This document shows, piece after piece, positions 1-14,059 of a DNA stretch of 64,000 nt (its first letter is position 1; the number at the start of each line of letters is the position of its first letter). The notes under the pieces were generated by a model. That model ran no database searches. It was not told the origin of the DNA and saw nothing but the letters and a program-made list of their open reading frames with translations. Both the position numbers and the translations under genes were made by a program. The DNA comes from Ylistrum balloti (taxonomy: Eukaryota), in the NCBI RefSeq assembly GCF_031769215.1, contig NW_026782427.1:1-64000 (forward strand), in the 5' to 3' direction.

Positions 1-832
1 TTAAGGGTGTGTAAAAGTCGTTACCTGTTGTATATGATAGCGGCAGTAATTTCTCCTTTGCGTTTGAGGCGGTAACAGACCGTTGTGAATTTTACATATA
101 TTTTTTATTCGTGCTGCAGTTGTATTATTCCATATTCGGAATATTATAAACATGTGTCCTCCAGGATTGAACTCACGGAATATAATGGATATATACACAT
201 TCTCAAATTTGGAATATTCAGCTGATATTATAAAGGATTGAACTTCACGGAATATAATGGATATATATACACACTTTCAAAAATAATCATGTATGTTTAT
301 ATATCAATAATTAATTTTCTTAAAGTGTAATAAAGGTCTTTTTTCGACCGAGGGCATGTGCAAAATCCTGTAAACATTTTTTTTTTATAAATATCCAATG
401 TACGATTTTGTGTTTATATAAAAATAATGTTATTAAATATGTATATTTTGTGCTTGATATTGGAGTATATTTTGATGTTATAAATGAACTTAAAAAAAGG
501 GGGACAGATTGAAAGAAAATAACAATAATACCCCCACTTTATGGTGTTTGCTGGACGGTGTACGTATGATTGTCTGTCACTTAGTCTGCATTCTACCAAC
601 CGAAGCGGTGGCTGTTACTGACGTCAGACTATTATCCGAACCCCTTTCAATGCTAAGCTTTCTTGTCTTCTATTCTTTTTATCAATATTATGAAAATATA
701 AGAAACGCAAGAAATTCAGTTTAAAAATTTATTTCCTCCTTTTTATGATTATCAACTCAATAAACGCAAGGAGGGGTACATTCATGAGGTGTTAACCAAA
801 TACATATACATTGCTCAAAATCACTCAGTCTA

Positions 833-1577
833 TTAATGCAGAATCTGATTCGGATTGCAGTCTGAACACAGCATCATTCCTTCCTGATTTTGATGGTCAC
901 CCCTCATCACACAAAGTTCTGTGTTATCGAGAATGTCTCCAGTGAAATCTGACATTACTGACATGGTGAGTTTCAAGCGTTCCCATTGTTCAAAGGTTAA
1001 AGCGACGCCAGCACGCGTGGCTTTCAGTTCGCTTTTGTCGAGGTCTGGCATAAACCACCGGCGAATGTTCACTCTTCAGTGACACGTAATTGTTACGTCC
1101 CAAGTGAATCATTACGTCTGCGTGCTCACCACCATTATATTTCTTTATTGCCTCGTCAACATCTTTGTAGTACCAAGATGACAGCTTAATCCAGTGATTA
1201 GGATCAAGAGCGCTTGCTTTTTTTGTTGGATATAATTTTCCTCTTTCACTGGTGTCATACATTCTTATGTGAATAAGAGTTTTTCCACAGAATTTGTTGG
1301 CAACTACAAAGCAGTCGTTGCCTATGTCCAGTTTACAATAATCATCATTTTGCTGTTTCGTGCCAAGATCTGATTTCTCTTGTTTTGAACGTTAGTACAA
1401 TGTCTGGTGTTTTTTCTTAGATTTCTTGCTATCGAAATGTTTTGTCGTTTCGGGTTTCTCTCTAACAAAATGCTCTGGTGATTGCGTTTCTTCATCTTTG
1501 CCAAACACTGGGGGCTGTGTTTCTTCAACTTTGTCGATCACCAAGGTAGCACATTGACTATCGCACTGTGTTTCCAT
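833..1577 (-). pseudogene. Tandem PC4/Sub1-like (ssDNA-binding fold) domain protein, disrupted
   Basis: ORF 1392-1577 continues in frame past a TAA into LDIGNDCFVVANKFCGKTLIHIRMYD...LYPTKKASAL (PC4-like repeat 1). A frameshift near 1075 leads to repeat 2 (HLGRNNYVS..VNIRRWF..KATRAGVAL..EQW) and a C-terminal HQNQEG..C..C. Confidence 0.65.
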
Positions 1578-1699
1578 GTCCTATATACTTTCTGTACGTA
1601 GCTCTCAAGCTGTCATGGTTTGTAGTGTTCAGATGTAGACTGACTGAAAGTCTGGCTTATATACCCACTCTTATATCTCCCGACTCCATAAATGGATGA

Positions 1700-1790
1700 C
1701 CCCATATCTGGAATGACCTAATATCTGGATGACCCCATAAATATGACCCCATATCTTGAATGACCCCATATCTGGAATGACCCCATACAT
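1700..1790. repeat. ~17-bp tandem repeat (atgaccccatatctgga), about 6 degenerate copies
   Basis: Directly visible in the sequence. Confidence 0.85.
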
Positions 1791-1799
1791 ATATATATG

Positions 1800-3003
1800 C
1801 TGCTTTCGGCATTGTCTATTTCCTTGAATGTCTGTATGATGGCAAATATATTCGAATGAGCGTGTTTCACCTTCTTTAGTTTCCCGTGCCAGGCTTCTAG
1901 GTTGTTTGTTGTTCGTGGTCCATCTGTTTGGAAGTGATTCCACAACCTTCCACCCACTGCTCTGTAACAGTCTGTGAAAGGTGTTGTGTTCTGTGGTACT
2001 TCAGCGTCTTCTAGATCTTCTAGTGTCTGTAACCATACGTCTTCTATGCAGTCCATGGGTACCAGTGGTAGAACAGCTGCACGGCGGATAAAGGGTCCTA
2101 ACATCTTCTTTGTCCCGGTATAGAGTTTGCAGTCCAGTTGTCTGTGCTTTTTTCCATACACACTGGGTGAAATGAAAAAAAAACAGCCTTCCTGGGAATG
2201 TCTGGCGAATGGCGTTGTGTACTGCTACTTCAAAGTCGGCGAATGCATGGGTTGGGGCGAAAGGCAGGTACAGTTGAGTCATGTGTTCCTCGAGTGTAGA
2301 TTCTTTGACTCTTTCCTGGTAGTAGCGCAAATACGACTGGCGTCATCCTTCCATCAATAACCACATGGATGCTGTAGATCTGATGAAACAAGCTCGGGCA
2401 CGTGTAAAATGTTCCATCACAGTAGAATGTGTCGGCAGTTGAGAGATATCCTAGGTTCTCTGCAGTGGCGAAGACTATAATTCGGTTCTGCTGGTCTCCG
2501 TCGTCAAAAAGAAGAAATCTGTCTCCGGTTGATGTTTCTGTCCACTTCCCTTCCAGTCTGATGTCAGAAACAGTCTTTGGTAGCGCTGGGGTTTCCTTTC
2601 GGCGGGCTCTGTAGAGTGTCGACTTGGCTGTATTGAAGGTAGGCAGTCGCTGTACCACCGCTTTGCAGTCTTCATCCCATTCTTCATCTCGGAGCTTGCG
2701 GAGTTCTTCGTATATTGCTGGTATGGGTCTGACTTCTTCAAGACATCTCTTGGTGATGCTGTGTCTGATCTGCTGTGCTACAACTTCTGCATGATCTGCT
2801 GGATGGTTGTGTTCCTGTCTTCCAAAAGCAACTGGTATGTTGTTAAGGGTAGAGAGGGATCCTCGACAATCGGCAACAGTACACCTCCAAAAAGATTTTT
2901 CACCATTTCTGTGTAGGATTCTGTAGATGAAACCATTATAGGCTAAATGCTGGCCCCCTTTCTTGTTAATTACGAACTTCAAATTCAGCTGTGCGGTTGC
3001 CAT
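1800..3003 (-). pseudogene. FLYWCH zinc finger + Mutator-like (MULE) transposase, frameshifted
   Basis: ORF 2230-3003 has YNGFIY..FWRC..C..HNH (FLYWCH) and DGTF..CP..F.QIYSIH. ORF 2001-2330 has DFEVAVHNA..FFHFTQ. ORF 1718-2161 has PRTTNNLEAWH. The three overlapping frames form one transposase. Confidence 0.9.
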
Positions 3004-3023
3004 GTTACTTGATATGAATGTAA

Positions 3024-3250
3024 AGTATGATGCAGTCGCTGTATTTATAGAGTGCAGTTGACTTGGAGTGTTCAGTGTGACAAGTATTCAGGTTATCAGC
3101 TTGGACTTCTCATCATCAGTTATAATCTGTGCTACAGTAGTTAAAACAACTAAATATAACAATAGATGGTGTGAAAGTATGAATATAAAGTATGATGCAG
3201 TCGCTGTATTTATACAGAGTGCATTTGGCTTGTAGTGTTCAGTGTGATAA
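3024..3250 (-). promoter_or_regulatory. Duplicated ~60-bp TATA-containing segment upstream of the MULE ORF
   Basis: aagtatgatgcagtcgctgtatttata...gtgttcagtgtga occurs at ~3024-3085 and ~3188-3250. On the minus strand it reads TATAAATA about 40 nt upstream of the ATG at 3003. Confidence 0.5.
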
Positions 3251-3757
3251 GTAATAATGTTTTTTTTCTATTGTTAAACAATATAATTTTCAAATAATTC
3301 TTTTTTTATTGAACAATATAAATTTCAAATTCTTTTTTCTCCTTAAATTTAGATAATATAGCATTCAAAAAAATCTTTTTTCCTAACATTTCAATTTAAT
3401 TCTCAATTCAAAATCTGTGAAAATATCCCCATTTTATACAAAACAAAGTTCGATGTCAATAGCTTGGTTTATTACTGAACGAAATCTACATTATATACTA
3501 TGGCAAATTTTAGGGGCTACTCTGTATTGTCCTATTATACGCTAACATCAAAATGAGCCTGTTAGTAATGCACTCTCTGAAGGCCCATGCTAGTTGATAA
3601 AACCTGAGGATAGCCTTGCAGGTGAACTGTGAAAGAAGTTATAAACTAGTTTATAACTCAAATAACTGAAAATCAGCCCAAAGTATGAATTGGGGGTAAA
3701 AATTCAACTCGCCTTGAATTGATCAGGCCAAATCGATTGAAAGCAAGATGATAATCA

Positions 3758-5100
3758 TCATGGTTGAAAGAGAGCCCTAATGTAACGTGTGAAGCAATTT
3801 GACGTCCAGCGGCCTAGAGTTTGAATCATGTGATCTTCAACTGCTGCTGCTGAAGTAGCTGCCCCTATGCGAAAGGAATGGCCATTATACCTAGAACTAT
3901 AAATACCTATGCGATTAAGAATATGCCTGAGGTACGATAAAAAACGATCAAGTGTAAGGACCCCATTGTTATCCACAAACAAGGGAGAGGAAGGGGACGC
4001 CCCCTGGGTGCGTCGCAAATGTAAAAAACGTTGCATACTAGTGACAGGACAGATATGTAATAATTTATTTTTAAAAATAGAAATCTGAACACCATGACGA
4101 AAAGGGTCTGTTTTTGACACTTTTAAACACAATGAATACAATGATAAATCTGATGCCAAAACAATATCTTCAATGCAGATAACATCGTGAACATCACATT
4201 GAGATCGTACAGTAAATTCTCCACATCGTAGAAAACCAAAAAATGCCATTTGACATGCACACAAAAGTAACAGATCTACATCATCCGAGAACACCCCAGA
4301 TGTCAACAAACAACATATGCGGTTCAAGATGTCATATGTAATAGGCAATCGTTTATTTTGTATGCTGCCTCCCTGATTTTGTTTCATACCGCGAAGAATA
4401 CATGCAAGTCTGCCAGTATTTAAAAAAGGATTGGCCTGGCCAGCCCTAAGGTAATGAAATCTTATTCCTGCCAAATAAATTTTAATAGTCAAAAATTTTA
4501 GGGCCAAGCTATGGTGGCAATGTGAGACAAATAAACAAGTCCTCAGACAAGGGTGGAAGATGTCCTGCTGTTGATAGAACGCCACACATGGTGAGGAATC
4601 GAAGGAGGAGCTGAATAGCCGCATTATATGTAGATGCTGTCCGCGGACTAATCGACAAGTCCCAAAGTCGGTTGACTTCAACCAACTGGTCATCAGAAGG
4701 CTGGACTGTGGAGGGCACGGAGTAGGGGCCCAGTCTGCATGTGGAGCTAATCGGCGAAACTTTTCCATCTGGAAACGAGAGAGAGCGTCTGCTATATTAT
4801 TGTCAATTCCAGGAATATGTTGGGCATGCACTGTAAAATTGTTCATCGCCGAACAAAAAGTCAATCTCCTCATTAAGTTCATAATCAGCTGAACTTTAGA
4901 ACGTCCTTTATTAAGGATCTCCACAGTGGACATGTTGTCACAGTGAAATAAAATTCTCTTGCGAGACCATTCTTCACCCCATAACACACAAGCTACCACA
5001 ATGGGATACAATTCTAAAAAGGCCATAGATAGCTTATCCTTGCCCCCTACTAATTCAGGAGGAAATTTTCCTTGAAACCATTTATTTCCAAAAATATGAA
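3758..5100 (-). mobile_element. Ngaro/DIRS tyrosine-recombinase retrotransposon, 3' half (RNase H + YR)
   Basis: RNase H motifs ELYPIV, CDN and HIPGIDNNIADALSR. YR catalytic motifs LRCGE, SKTD, HSFRIG, GRW and RYIR. The YR N-terminus lies in another frame (4509-4718). Confidence 0.92.
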
Positions 5101-5880
5101 GTTTATTAAATCAGCACAGCTAATGCAGAACAGAAGAATAAAGTGGAAAGTTCACCAGATCACAGCATCGAAAAACGTGTCGTTGTGACACAGCTCGCTG
5201 AACCGCATGGTTCACTGTCACGATTACGATAACCACAATCAACAGTCAAACATAGCGATACAAGGTTATCGGCAAAAGTCAAACAATAACATCATTATAC
5301 CTGGTTCCTTGGAATGTTCCTGCACTGTATCCAGACGGTCATTTCCCAGCCTTCCTTGGAAATAGAATAAAACACATCCATATACCGAGACATGTGCGTC
5401 GTCAACCCTGTAGAGCGACCTTCACCTTCGATGTATAGGGTTCTTCTAATCTCTGTGCTGAGACCGGTCACGCAAATGCGGAATGTGGGAATTTGCAAGG
5501 AGAAGTTACATCCCTTGGCTCTAGCAGAGACATCACATGGGCGCCAATGTAAAATAGTGTGTAGAAGAAGGACGCAGATCGACGCTTCATATTTTTATTC
5601 CATTTAATTAAAAAAAAACCTACAAAGACAATACACAAAGAATTAAGCAGATATCACAGATATTACTAATCCTTACATGATGTACATGAAGTGCTCAGTG
5701 AATACATATTTCATGTTATCACGCTAAAACTATTAAAAAAAACCAAGAATAATAATCTGTCTTTACAATGAATACTTTTATCATCATAAATATTTATCTT
5801 AGAATAGAAAATGCTTATACATTGTTACTATAATATATATATATCATATTCATAATTGACTACAATCAGTAAAATACACA

Positions 5881-6474
5881 TGTACCTACTCCGACTATGG
5901 GTCGGGGGTTTCACAGAAGAACTTCTGTACAAAGACTTCTTAATTTACGTACATGGATTATCTGTAAAAGATACATACCAACACATACAGATCATGTATG
6001 AACAAGATTTGCAGACAATATGAACGTTTTGGTCAATACTAATATGATTCTAATAACTTTATAATCTTTACCAATAATTTCAATCCTTATCGCTAATTCC
6101 AATTAAGACATACTTTTTCCAAAATTCACAATAATAAATAATAATTCAAAATAACCAAATAACTAAATGTTGTACATACCATATATATGATCTTCAGGAA
6201 GACTTCACAGAATAGTAAAAATTAGGAAGAACCGGACTGTGTGTAAGACGTCTGCGCAGTTCCTCTACAAATGTCTCTCTAAAACTGCGCCAAAAGCTAA
6301 CAAAGACACTGACCACTATAGCAAAACGAGGTAACACCTATATATAGAACCATAGAATAAGTAAACAGGTTAGACAAGTGACAGGTACGAACATACACGT
6401 ATACAGGTACACAGCCTAGCGACCATACGCAGCGCACATACACACGCAAACAGCACAATAAACGCGGCGTAACA
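5881..6474 (-). repeat. Possible solo LTR
   Basis: The minus strand reads TGTTACG...GGTACA with an internal TATATATA. No TSD match was found. Confidence 0.3.
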
Positions 6475-6525
6475 TTAAATTTAATTTAAAAGCAAGACAA
6501 ATTATAAAACATTATTTGCACTTTG

Positions 6526-8799
6526 TTACACACAGGTGACCCCAAGCAATATAGGGTAAAATTCTAAAATAGAGATATGCAAATTTTTGCATGTTTGTGG
6601 GAACACCTCATATAACCAACTATGTTTGAAATTGCTCCATAGCCACTCGTAGAGGAGGCATTTGTATATAACTGTAATGTGTAGTTGGACAAAAACTTTT
6701 CCTCTATGAAAATTGTACGACCATTGTATGTTTCGAGAAAGTGTAGCCAAACTTTCAGATCTGCCTTTGCTTCTAGTGTTGATCTAATGTGATGATGCGC
6801 TTGAAGAACACCTATAGTTAAATTGATCAGACGCCTGAGAAAAGGTCGACCCGGCATAATGACAGAGCAAGCAAATTTAAGAAGACCTACCAATGACTAG
6901 ATCTTTGAGCGTACACTTAGACTTTCCTAATAGAGTATGGATAGCCGTTGCAGCTTTCTCTACTTTATCTGTTGGCAATGAAGCCGTAGATGTAACACTA
7001 TACAGCATTATACCTACAAATCCCAATATGAATAGGAACTCCCGCTGAGCTACACACCAAAATTAATTGTTGTAAAGCAGCCGTAGCCTCTTCCTGTGTT
7101 TCAGCCGCAAACACAAAATCATCTAAAATGTGGATGACATTTCTACAACCTAACTTAGTGACCGCTATCCATTCTAAAGCGATACTAAAAGCCTAAAAAA
7201 ATCTGCAAGACATGGAGCAACCCATTGGTAAACAGGTATCATAATAATACTGGTTAGCGAAGGAAAATCCCAGTAAATTGTGGTCAAGGGGATGTACTGG
7301 TATAATTCGAAATGCAGACTTGATGTCTGTTTTTGCCATAAAGCAACCTGTCCCACATTGTTTCACTTTTGATATAGCATCTTCAATGCCTGCATAATGT
7401 ACCTCAGAAGCCTCGGGAGGAGTATCACTGTTAACGGAAGAACCATGGCGAGAGTAAGATAGATGATGAATAAGACGAAAATCTCCTGGGATTTCTTTGG
7501 TACCAAGCGAAGGGGAGATAATTTGAAATATGTTAGAGGTGGAGTGGGAAATGGACACAATACACGACCCAGTTTAACCTCCTTATCAATTTTACTCTGA
7601 AAAACACAAGGGTTTGACAGAGCCGACTGTAAATTAGGGCTGCTCTGAGGACCCTGTGACCCTTGAAACTCTAACCGGAAACCTGTAGTAAAACCCTGAA
7701 TAAGGTAATAAAGGAACTTGGGGTTATAACCTTCTAGGTAGTCTTTGAGTTTGTCTACATTAATTGGGTTTGTGACAGAAGAGGTGGCATTATGATAGAG
7801 CCTGATCTAAGGAAGATTGGGGGTGTTTTAATCCACACTTTCCACAAATGTGCGAGTACTTGCACCCTCAGCAGTGGTTGCCTTTGTTATAGCGAAAGCA
7901 GGTACCGGCATGGGAACGAAAATTATTGGTTGTAGCCGATTGAAATGACATAGCATTACCAGAATTTCTGTGATGAAAAGAAGGGGTCCTTAATCTGGAT
8001 GAAGTCATGGCTGTGCAGTATAACTCGAGCTCTAAAGAACCCCAAGCCATGTCCATGGCTTATTGTTTAAGGCGGCGGAAACTAGTATCATAGCTGTACC
8101 AGTCTCCTCCTGCCTTCGCAATATTTCGGACAACATGCTGATATGTAGCAAGACCCTCAGTGCATTCAGGGTATTTCTGTCGATAGACAGATGAAAAAAT
8201 GCTAAATGCATCAGTCCATCTTGCAATTGTCAGAAATTTCTTATGATGTGCCCGAGTCAAGCCAACACTGCCACTGTGATCTAATTGTAAAGTATATTTC
8301 AAATTAGTTTGGTCATGGTCATCCAAGATTTGTGACAAATCAACAAACTCACCATCCCATATATTTTGTTTTAATTCAGGAGACACCTTCTGGTGAAGGG
8401 GCCTACAAGACACTTGTGGTGGCTTGGCTGCAGGCAAGTCATTTACATCAAAATTTGCAACTAAAATTACTAAAAGTATTGGCACCTGTCTCAAGAGGAT
8501 GTGCTGACAACACTAGCCTCCCGCGCTTCAGAAGTTGCACTGACCGCAGCAGCAGCTGGGAGAGTTACCAAATCAGGCCTTTGTGCAGGAGTTTTATGTA
8601 TTTCCTTCATGACTGCAGCTGTCACAGTCTTGGTGATAAGGCCCAAAGTGTCTGGTGCTAGACCCAGGTTATCTGTGGATCCAGGAACCAAGCTGGAGGG
8701 AGTGGGCTGAGTCTGCGGCTGAAGTGTGGCAGTGTTGTCCAAGGACGCCTCAGCTGCCTTATGCTTTCTGCCTTTATTTCTGGTTGGCTTTGGTCCCAT
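6526..8799 (-). mobile_element. Ngaro/DIRS retrotransposon, 5' half (gag-RT-RNase H start), degenerate
   Basis: Gag: IWDGEFVDL..WTDAF..W..YD..FR, with a CFRYNKG.C..CKYSH.C..CG knuckle. RT: FRLIHHLSY, AKTDIKSAFRIIP, LPMGCS. RNase H: LYTNAS..GYG, LEFYPI. Many frameshifts. Confidence 0.92.
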
Positions 8800-9088
8800 T
8801 GCTGATAGCTAAATAGTAAAGAAATTAAAGATATGAATAAAGTGTCCAAAAATTACACCATGGAACCAACAGAATTGAATGTTATAAGATATTGATATAA
8901 GTTGATGCATGTAAGGTGTTCAGTAAATTCCTAGGAATGTGAAAACAATGATATAGAGCATGTGATATGAAAGAAAATGGTGGAGGGCAGGGGATCGAAT
9001 CATCTTAAGTCATATGAAAGCTCAAAGTGGTATAAATAAATCAGGGCTAACCAAATACTCAACACGGAGTTGGGTATAGGAATGTGTC

Positions 9089-9300
9089 CCTCAAAACCAG
9101 TTAACACTGGGCTGTTCAATGTCATGATGTCAAATGAATGATTACAACCTTTGTGCCCCTACAAGGTACCAAGTACCTGTAGTGCAGGTAAAATAATCAT
9201 ATAAAATCATCAGGGCTCAAAAATTACCCAAACCTGGGTAATAACATCCCTCAAAACCAGTTAACACTGGGCTGTTCATACATATATCTGATGTCAAATG
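9089..9300. repeat. Local direct duplication (ccctcaaaaccagttaacactgggctgttca...gatgtcaaatg)
   Basis: Copies begin at ~9088 and ~9248. Confidence 0.75.
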
Positions 9301-12300
9301 TATACAGCAAATGAAAATTACATAAAACATGTACATAGAGATATGACATACACTAGTACTGAGCTCGGTGTACAAATTTTGTGCCAAATCAAACCAAAAT
9401 AACCTCAAGTATCAGCCACAAGCCAACTGAAATTTAAGTATTAAGTATTATACCAATACCATATCAAAGAGAGCTACACTAGTAGTAAAGTACATTCAAA
9501 CACAGATGTGAAGCTGTATATGAAGATATTTAGTGGAAATGGGTGTCACGTGATGCCAAAGGTAATTTTTTTAAGGCGATGCCCTGGCATTAATTGTGCG
9601 AAAGGAAATATGGTAGCAAGGCTGAGACAAAAATGATTCACAATGTAGGCTTCAGCTGCATATAATGATGAACTCTACTAGCATGTGATATATAAATACA
9701 ATATAACTTAACCAAGAAGGTTAACATCTTAATATCAGTGTTATAAAAACATTTGAACTCGAATAAGAATAAGAAAGCAGATATTTGGTATACCTACCAT
9801 GTCTATATGCCATACATTTGGAACATGTGTAGACCCATTGAGTATAAGTAAGACGTGGATTCTTTTCAATCTTCTTTTATTCGACACAAGTAAAGTCTGT
9901 CATGGTTTGTGAGAGATGGTGTTCCTTCGTCCAGCGCCCCCTGGCCTTCTCTACCTAACACCAATATCTGTCGTCTATTTATCCCTACTGCCGAAATGAC
10001 CGTTGATCCAACCCCACTTAATTTAAGTATCTGAATCATGAATTCTCGCTGATGTTGGCTAATTATTGCTGACCAACATAATTCGTAAATCAATACATAC
10101 TAACATTACATAGGGATAGGTACATAGATAATACATAGATAGACATAGATACACGTGATGAAATCTTCCTGGTCAGTTTGTAAGTTAATCCTACTTCACC
10201 TACTTAGAGCTTAAATGTCTTGTCACTACAGAATAAATCGTATTAACTAAAGATACACATTAGGCCTACATGTTTCACCAAGGATCCCCGTATCTCAGAA
10301 TCCATAGGATACGAACCGAAATGTTTGAGACTTAAGACGGATGCTGTGCCAACTATTTTTGATTTTTCTTCAACCCCGAAAACACCTCGTCCTGTTAATA
10401 CGACGCAAGTAGCCGATTCGCCTTTCCTTTGGGAAACTCCAAACAGAAAACGGTCTATGAGTCAAGTTATACAGAAAAGACGCAGATTGGAGGTAGATAC
10501 ATCAATTAATTCAATAGCCTTCTTAATTTTCACAAATTATATCTCATCATCAGTCCTTTTCCAGGTAACTGTGGGTAGCTTTGTAATAGCTTTTCCTTTT
10601 AGACTCGGATTTGATTTATTTCTAAGACAAACCATCATTCGTATACATCAGACTTCACATGTAATTACATTTGATTTGTAACAAATCCCTGTGCTTCAAC
10701 GCCTGCGGCCTAATCCATAAAACTTGTGAAAATATAATTACTGTAGTGTAATGTATATTTATGAAATATCTACATAAACAGTAAATCATGGCCCAATTTT
10801 CACCAAAACTTGAAATATTAATCCTCATTGAAAACTTACATAAGTTCATTAAGGAAAATCTTAATTATAAGGAAGCTATGTCTTCCTTCGGGAGTTCAGA
10901 TTTCCATGATTAGTAAAGGAGGAATAGGATTCATGAAACTAGGCCAAGCTCTAACAATGTACAGTACATGTATATGGTTATTCTATACTGTCCTGAAAAT
11001 AAGTTCATTTTATTTTAGGTTTTATCCGAGATAACAGAACTACATCAAGGAAATGAAGCTGAAAATGTGGAAAACCTGCATATGGATGTTTGTACCAATT
11101 TGTATAGATCGGACCAATGCCATATTGAGACTCAGACCGATTCAAGCACAACTGCTGATAAATGTGTTGGGTCAGATGAACCAATGAATAATTATTCCGT
11201 GGGTTGTCAGACTTCTTACAATGTAGTTGTAAGTATAACCATTACTATATATTACCAGCTAGAGCATCCTTCATCAAATTATATTTTATGCATTAAAGCA
11301 TAATATAAATTCCTCAGGCCTATTCACTTCAGAAAAAAAAACAATATTATATTGAGACTTTGTTTCATGGACATTGCATTTTATAAATTTAATCAGTAGT
11401 ATAATCAGTACTGGAACTATATGGTCATACACATTAATGTAATTAATTATTAGATTAAATTTACTATAGTGAGAATGAGTGTAAAATTCAGTCATAACAT
11501 TTTCATATGTGTGGTATAAATAATACCATTAAGAAGTTTTGCCGTGATGATACATCTTAACTCTCATCTACAAAACAACACATTATCTAAATATATATAT
11601 ATATATGTTGTAGCGACGGAGACATGTTGGCCTTCAGGTAACATCAAACTTGAAACCAAGAACTACATCCTGTGCAGTACAGGCAACATGCAGAATGGAA
11701 ACCTCATCGACACAATGCAACCGTTACAGAAAAAAGTCTGATGAGTCATCAGCAAAATGTGTAGATAGGATAGATGATGATGATGAAGAGGATGATTCTA
11801 TACTACATGATCCAGACTGGGTACCGATGTATGAGAATGTTGAAGATGAGGATATACCTACTGAGGGAGGAACTGGTCTGGATGATGAGGAAACAGAACC
11901 TGACAAAGCTCGGAAATATGTCGTGTTTGAAAAATGTTTGTTGGAGTTGTTAGACTTTTGTCAGGGTTGCCATTGTACAAGTTTACATCATGAAAGAACA
12001 ATGATTGGCACATGTGTATGTATAACTTCCAAATGTATGTGTGGCTTTGTGCGCCGTTGGACCAGCCAACCTTTTTCCAAGTCAATGCCTTGGGGGAACA
12101 TTATAACTGCTGGTGCAATATTTTTCAGTGGCAGTAGTCCTGTTAAAACTTTGAACTTTATGTGACATGCCGGTATTTTGGGACTTAGTCTCACATCATA
12201 TAATATTCTACAGAGAACATATATTGTGCCCTCCACATTGTCATGCTGGCAGTTTCATCAGTCTGTTTATCTCACAGACATCAAAATCAGTGGTCATGCT

Positions 12301-13049
12301 CTAAAACTTGGAGGAGATGCCAGATGTTCATCACCAGGCCATACAGCAAAATATGGAAGCTATACAGTGATGGATGTACAGACTTCAAGGGTTGTAGATA
12401 TACAGCTAGTCCAGGTAATAAGATTGAAAGCATAGAAGTAAATTATAATTCCTGATCAGTAAGCTTTTATTAAAACAGGTTTTTCAAAAACTGAAATCAA
12501 TGTCTATGATTGAATAAAACAAAATGCAAAATACACACAGAATTTATCAAAATGCAGTGAGATGAGATAGTATCAATAACTAGTGTAATCTGCTAGGCCA
12601 AATGCATATATATGTATATATATGCAAGTTTTAATAATATAATTTATAAATGTAAGTAATGATTTGGATTCAGTGACAGTGACTAAACTCATGCATTAAA
12701 GTGGTTTCTACATAAACCGACTAGATTCCTAAGACAAACGTACATTCCATATCATAGTAATTGCCCACCATATTATATACATATTTGTATCATTTATTTC
12801 AGTCTAATGAAGTGAAGAATTCATATAATATGGAGTTGGAAGGTCTGAAACGCTGTTTGAAGTTTCTTCAAGAAGAAGGTGTGGATGTTTCGGATCTGGT
12901 GACAGACAGACACAGTCAAGTGAAGAAGTTTATGAAGACAGAACGACCTGATATCAACCACTGGTTCGATGTATGGCATGTAGCAAAGGGTAAGTTGAAT
13001 AATATTTTATATTGATGTTACATTTATTATAACACACACACACACACAC

Positions 13050-13470
13050 ACCGGGAATAAAGTTAGGGGGGTATATTGAAATCACTCTGTCTGACTGTCC
13101 ATGCCATCTGGCCGGAATATTGTTTAAAGTAGATCTAGACAACCGATCAACCAATTTTTTCTGAAACCTTGCATAATCTATCCTTATGATATGAAGTTGT
13201 GCAAGTTCGTTTTTCTAAAAAAATCGTTAACATTTTGTTCAAGATCAATATACACAGGTTTTGTGAAATAACATCTTACCTTGACAACTCCTCTTAGACC
13301 AGTGATCAGATATCAATGAAACTTAACAGTAATGCTAGCAATAGTTTGTAGATGTGCATGCACCTTCCTTTTCTTGAAATTTTGGTTACTTTTTGGTTTA
13401 ATTTTTTGTCGAAATTCACATGGGATGACGGTGCAGGGGTATTAGTTATCCTTTGGATGAAAGTTAGTTA
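13050..13470 (+). repeat. Non-autonomous Helentron-associated (HINE-like) interspersed repeat in an intron
   Basis: Starts gggggtatattgaaatcactctgtctgactgtcc, has a core with gaaac(c)ttgcata, and ends ggggtattagttatcc..gttagtt. This architecture is typical of mollusc HINE-like elements. Confidence 0.5.
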
Positions 13471-14059
13471 CTGAAGCATATCTACACATCATTTGTTTGC
13501 AACAAATTAACAATGGAAAAATACCATATAAAATTATATGGTCCACCTGCTCAATTAGTCAATAGAGTGGTTTTCTTCGGGTACTCTATTAATAAAACCT
13601 TCCACATGTTAAAAGATTAAGTTGAAATAATTTGTTTCATATAATTATTGTGAAATTAATGAAGTTTAAATTTACGCTTTATGTACATGTGTAACAATAA
13701 ATAAAACAAGTAATTTTATTTCCAGGAGTATACAAGAAGTTAGAAGCTCTAGGAAAAACCAAGAAGTATGCTCTAGTTGGACAGTGGGCTCGTTCCATCA
13801 GCAATCATGTATATTGGTGTGCTGCCAGTAGTCATGGAGATGGGGAATTAGTCCGCCAAAAGTGGAAAAGCATCACAAACCACATCGCTGATGTCCATGA
13901 TGGCCACGGAGACAGATTTCCAAACTGCCTACATGATGACATTGAAAGGAATTGGTTCAAGCCAGGTATGAATTAAGTTGATCTTTGTTTACAGGGGTGT
14001 AAGTTGAGCAAAAACACTTTAAGATGAAGAGTATCTGATTTTTTTTCTTTTATTTTTTA

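Noticed and set aside
1-724. Small ORFs 1-198, 414-599 and 509-724
   Set aside because: No recognisable motifs, and composition is AT-rich and low-complexity.
1600-3250. MULE terminal inverted repeats
   Set aside because: The shared motifs on the two sides are direct, not inverted, and no TSD was found.
5110-5607. ORFs 5295-5498 and 5392-5607 between the Ngaro halves
   Set aside because: No frame gave a recognisable domain; left unassigned.
9850-10110. Possible solo LTR (TATA-like and AATAAA on the minus strand)
   Set aside because: I could not define a TG..CA pair or a TSD.
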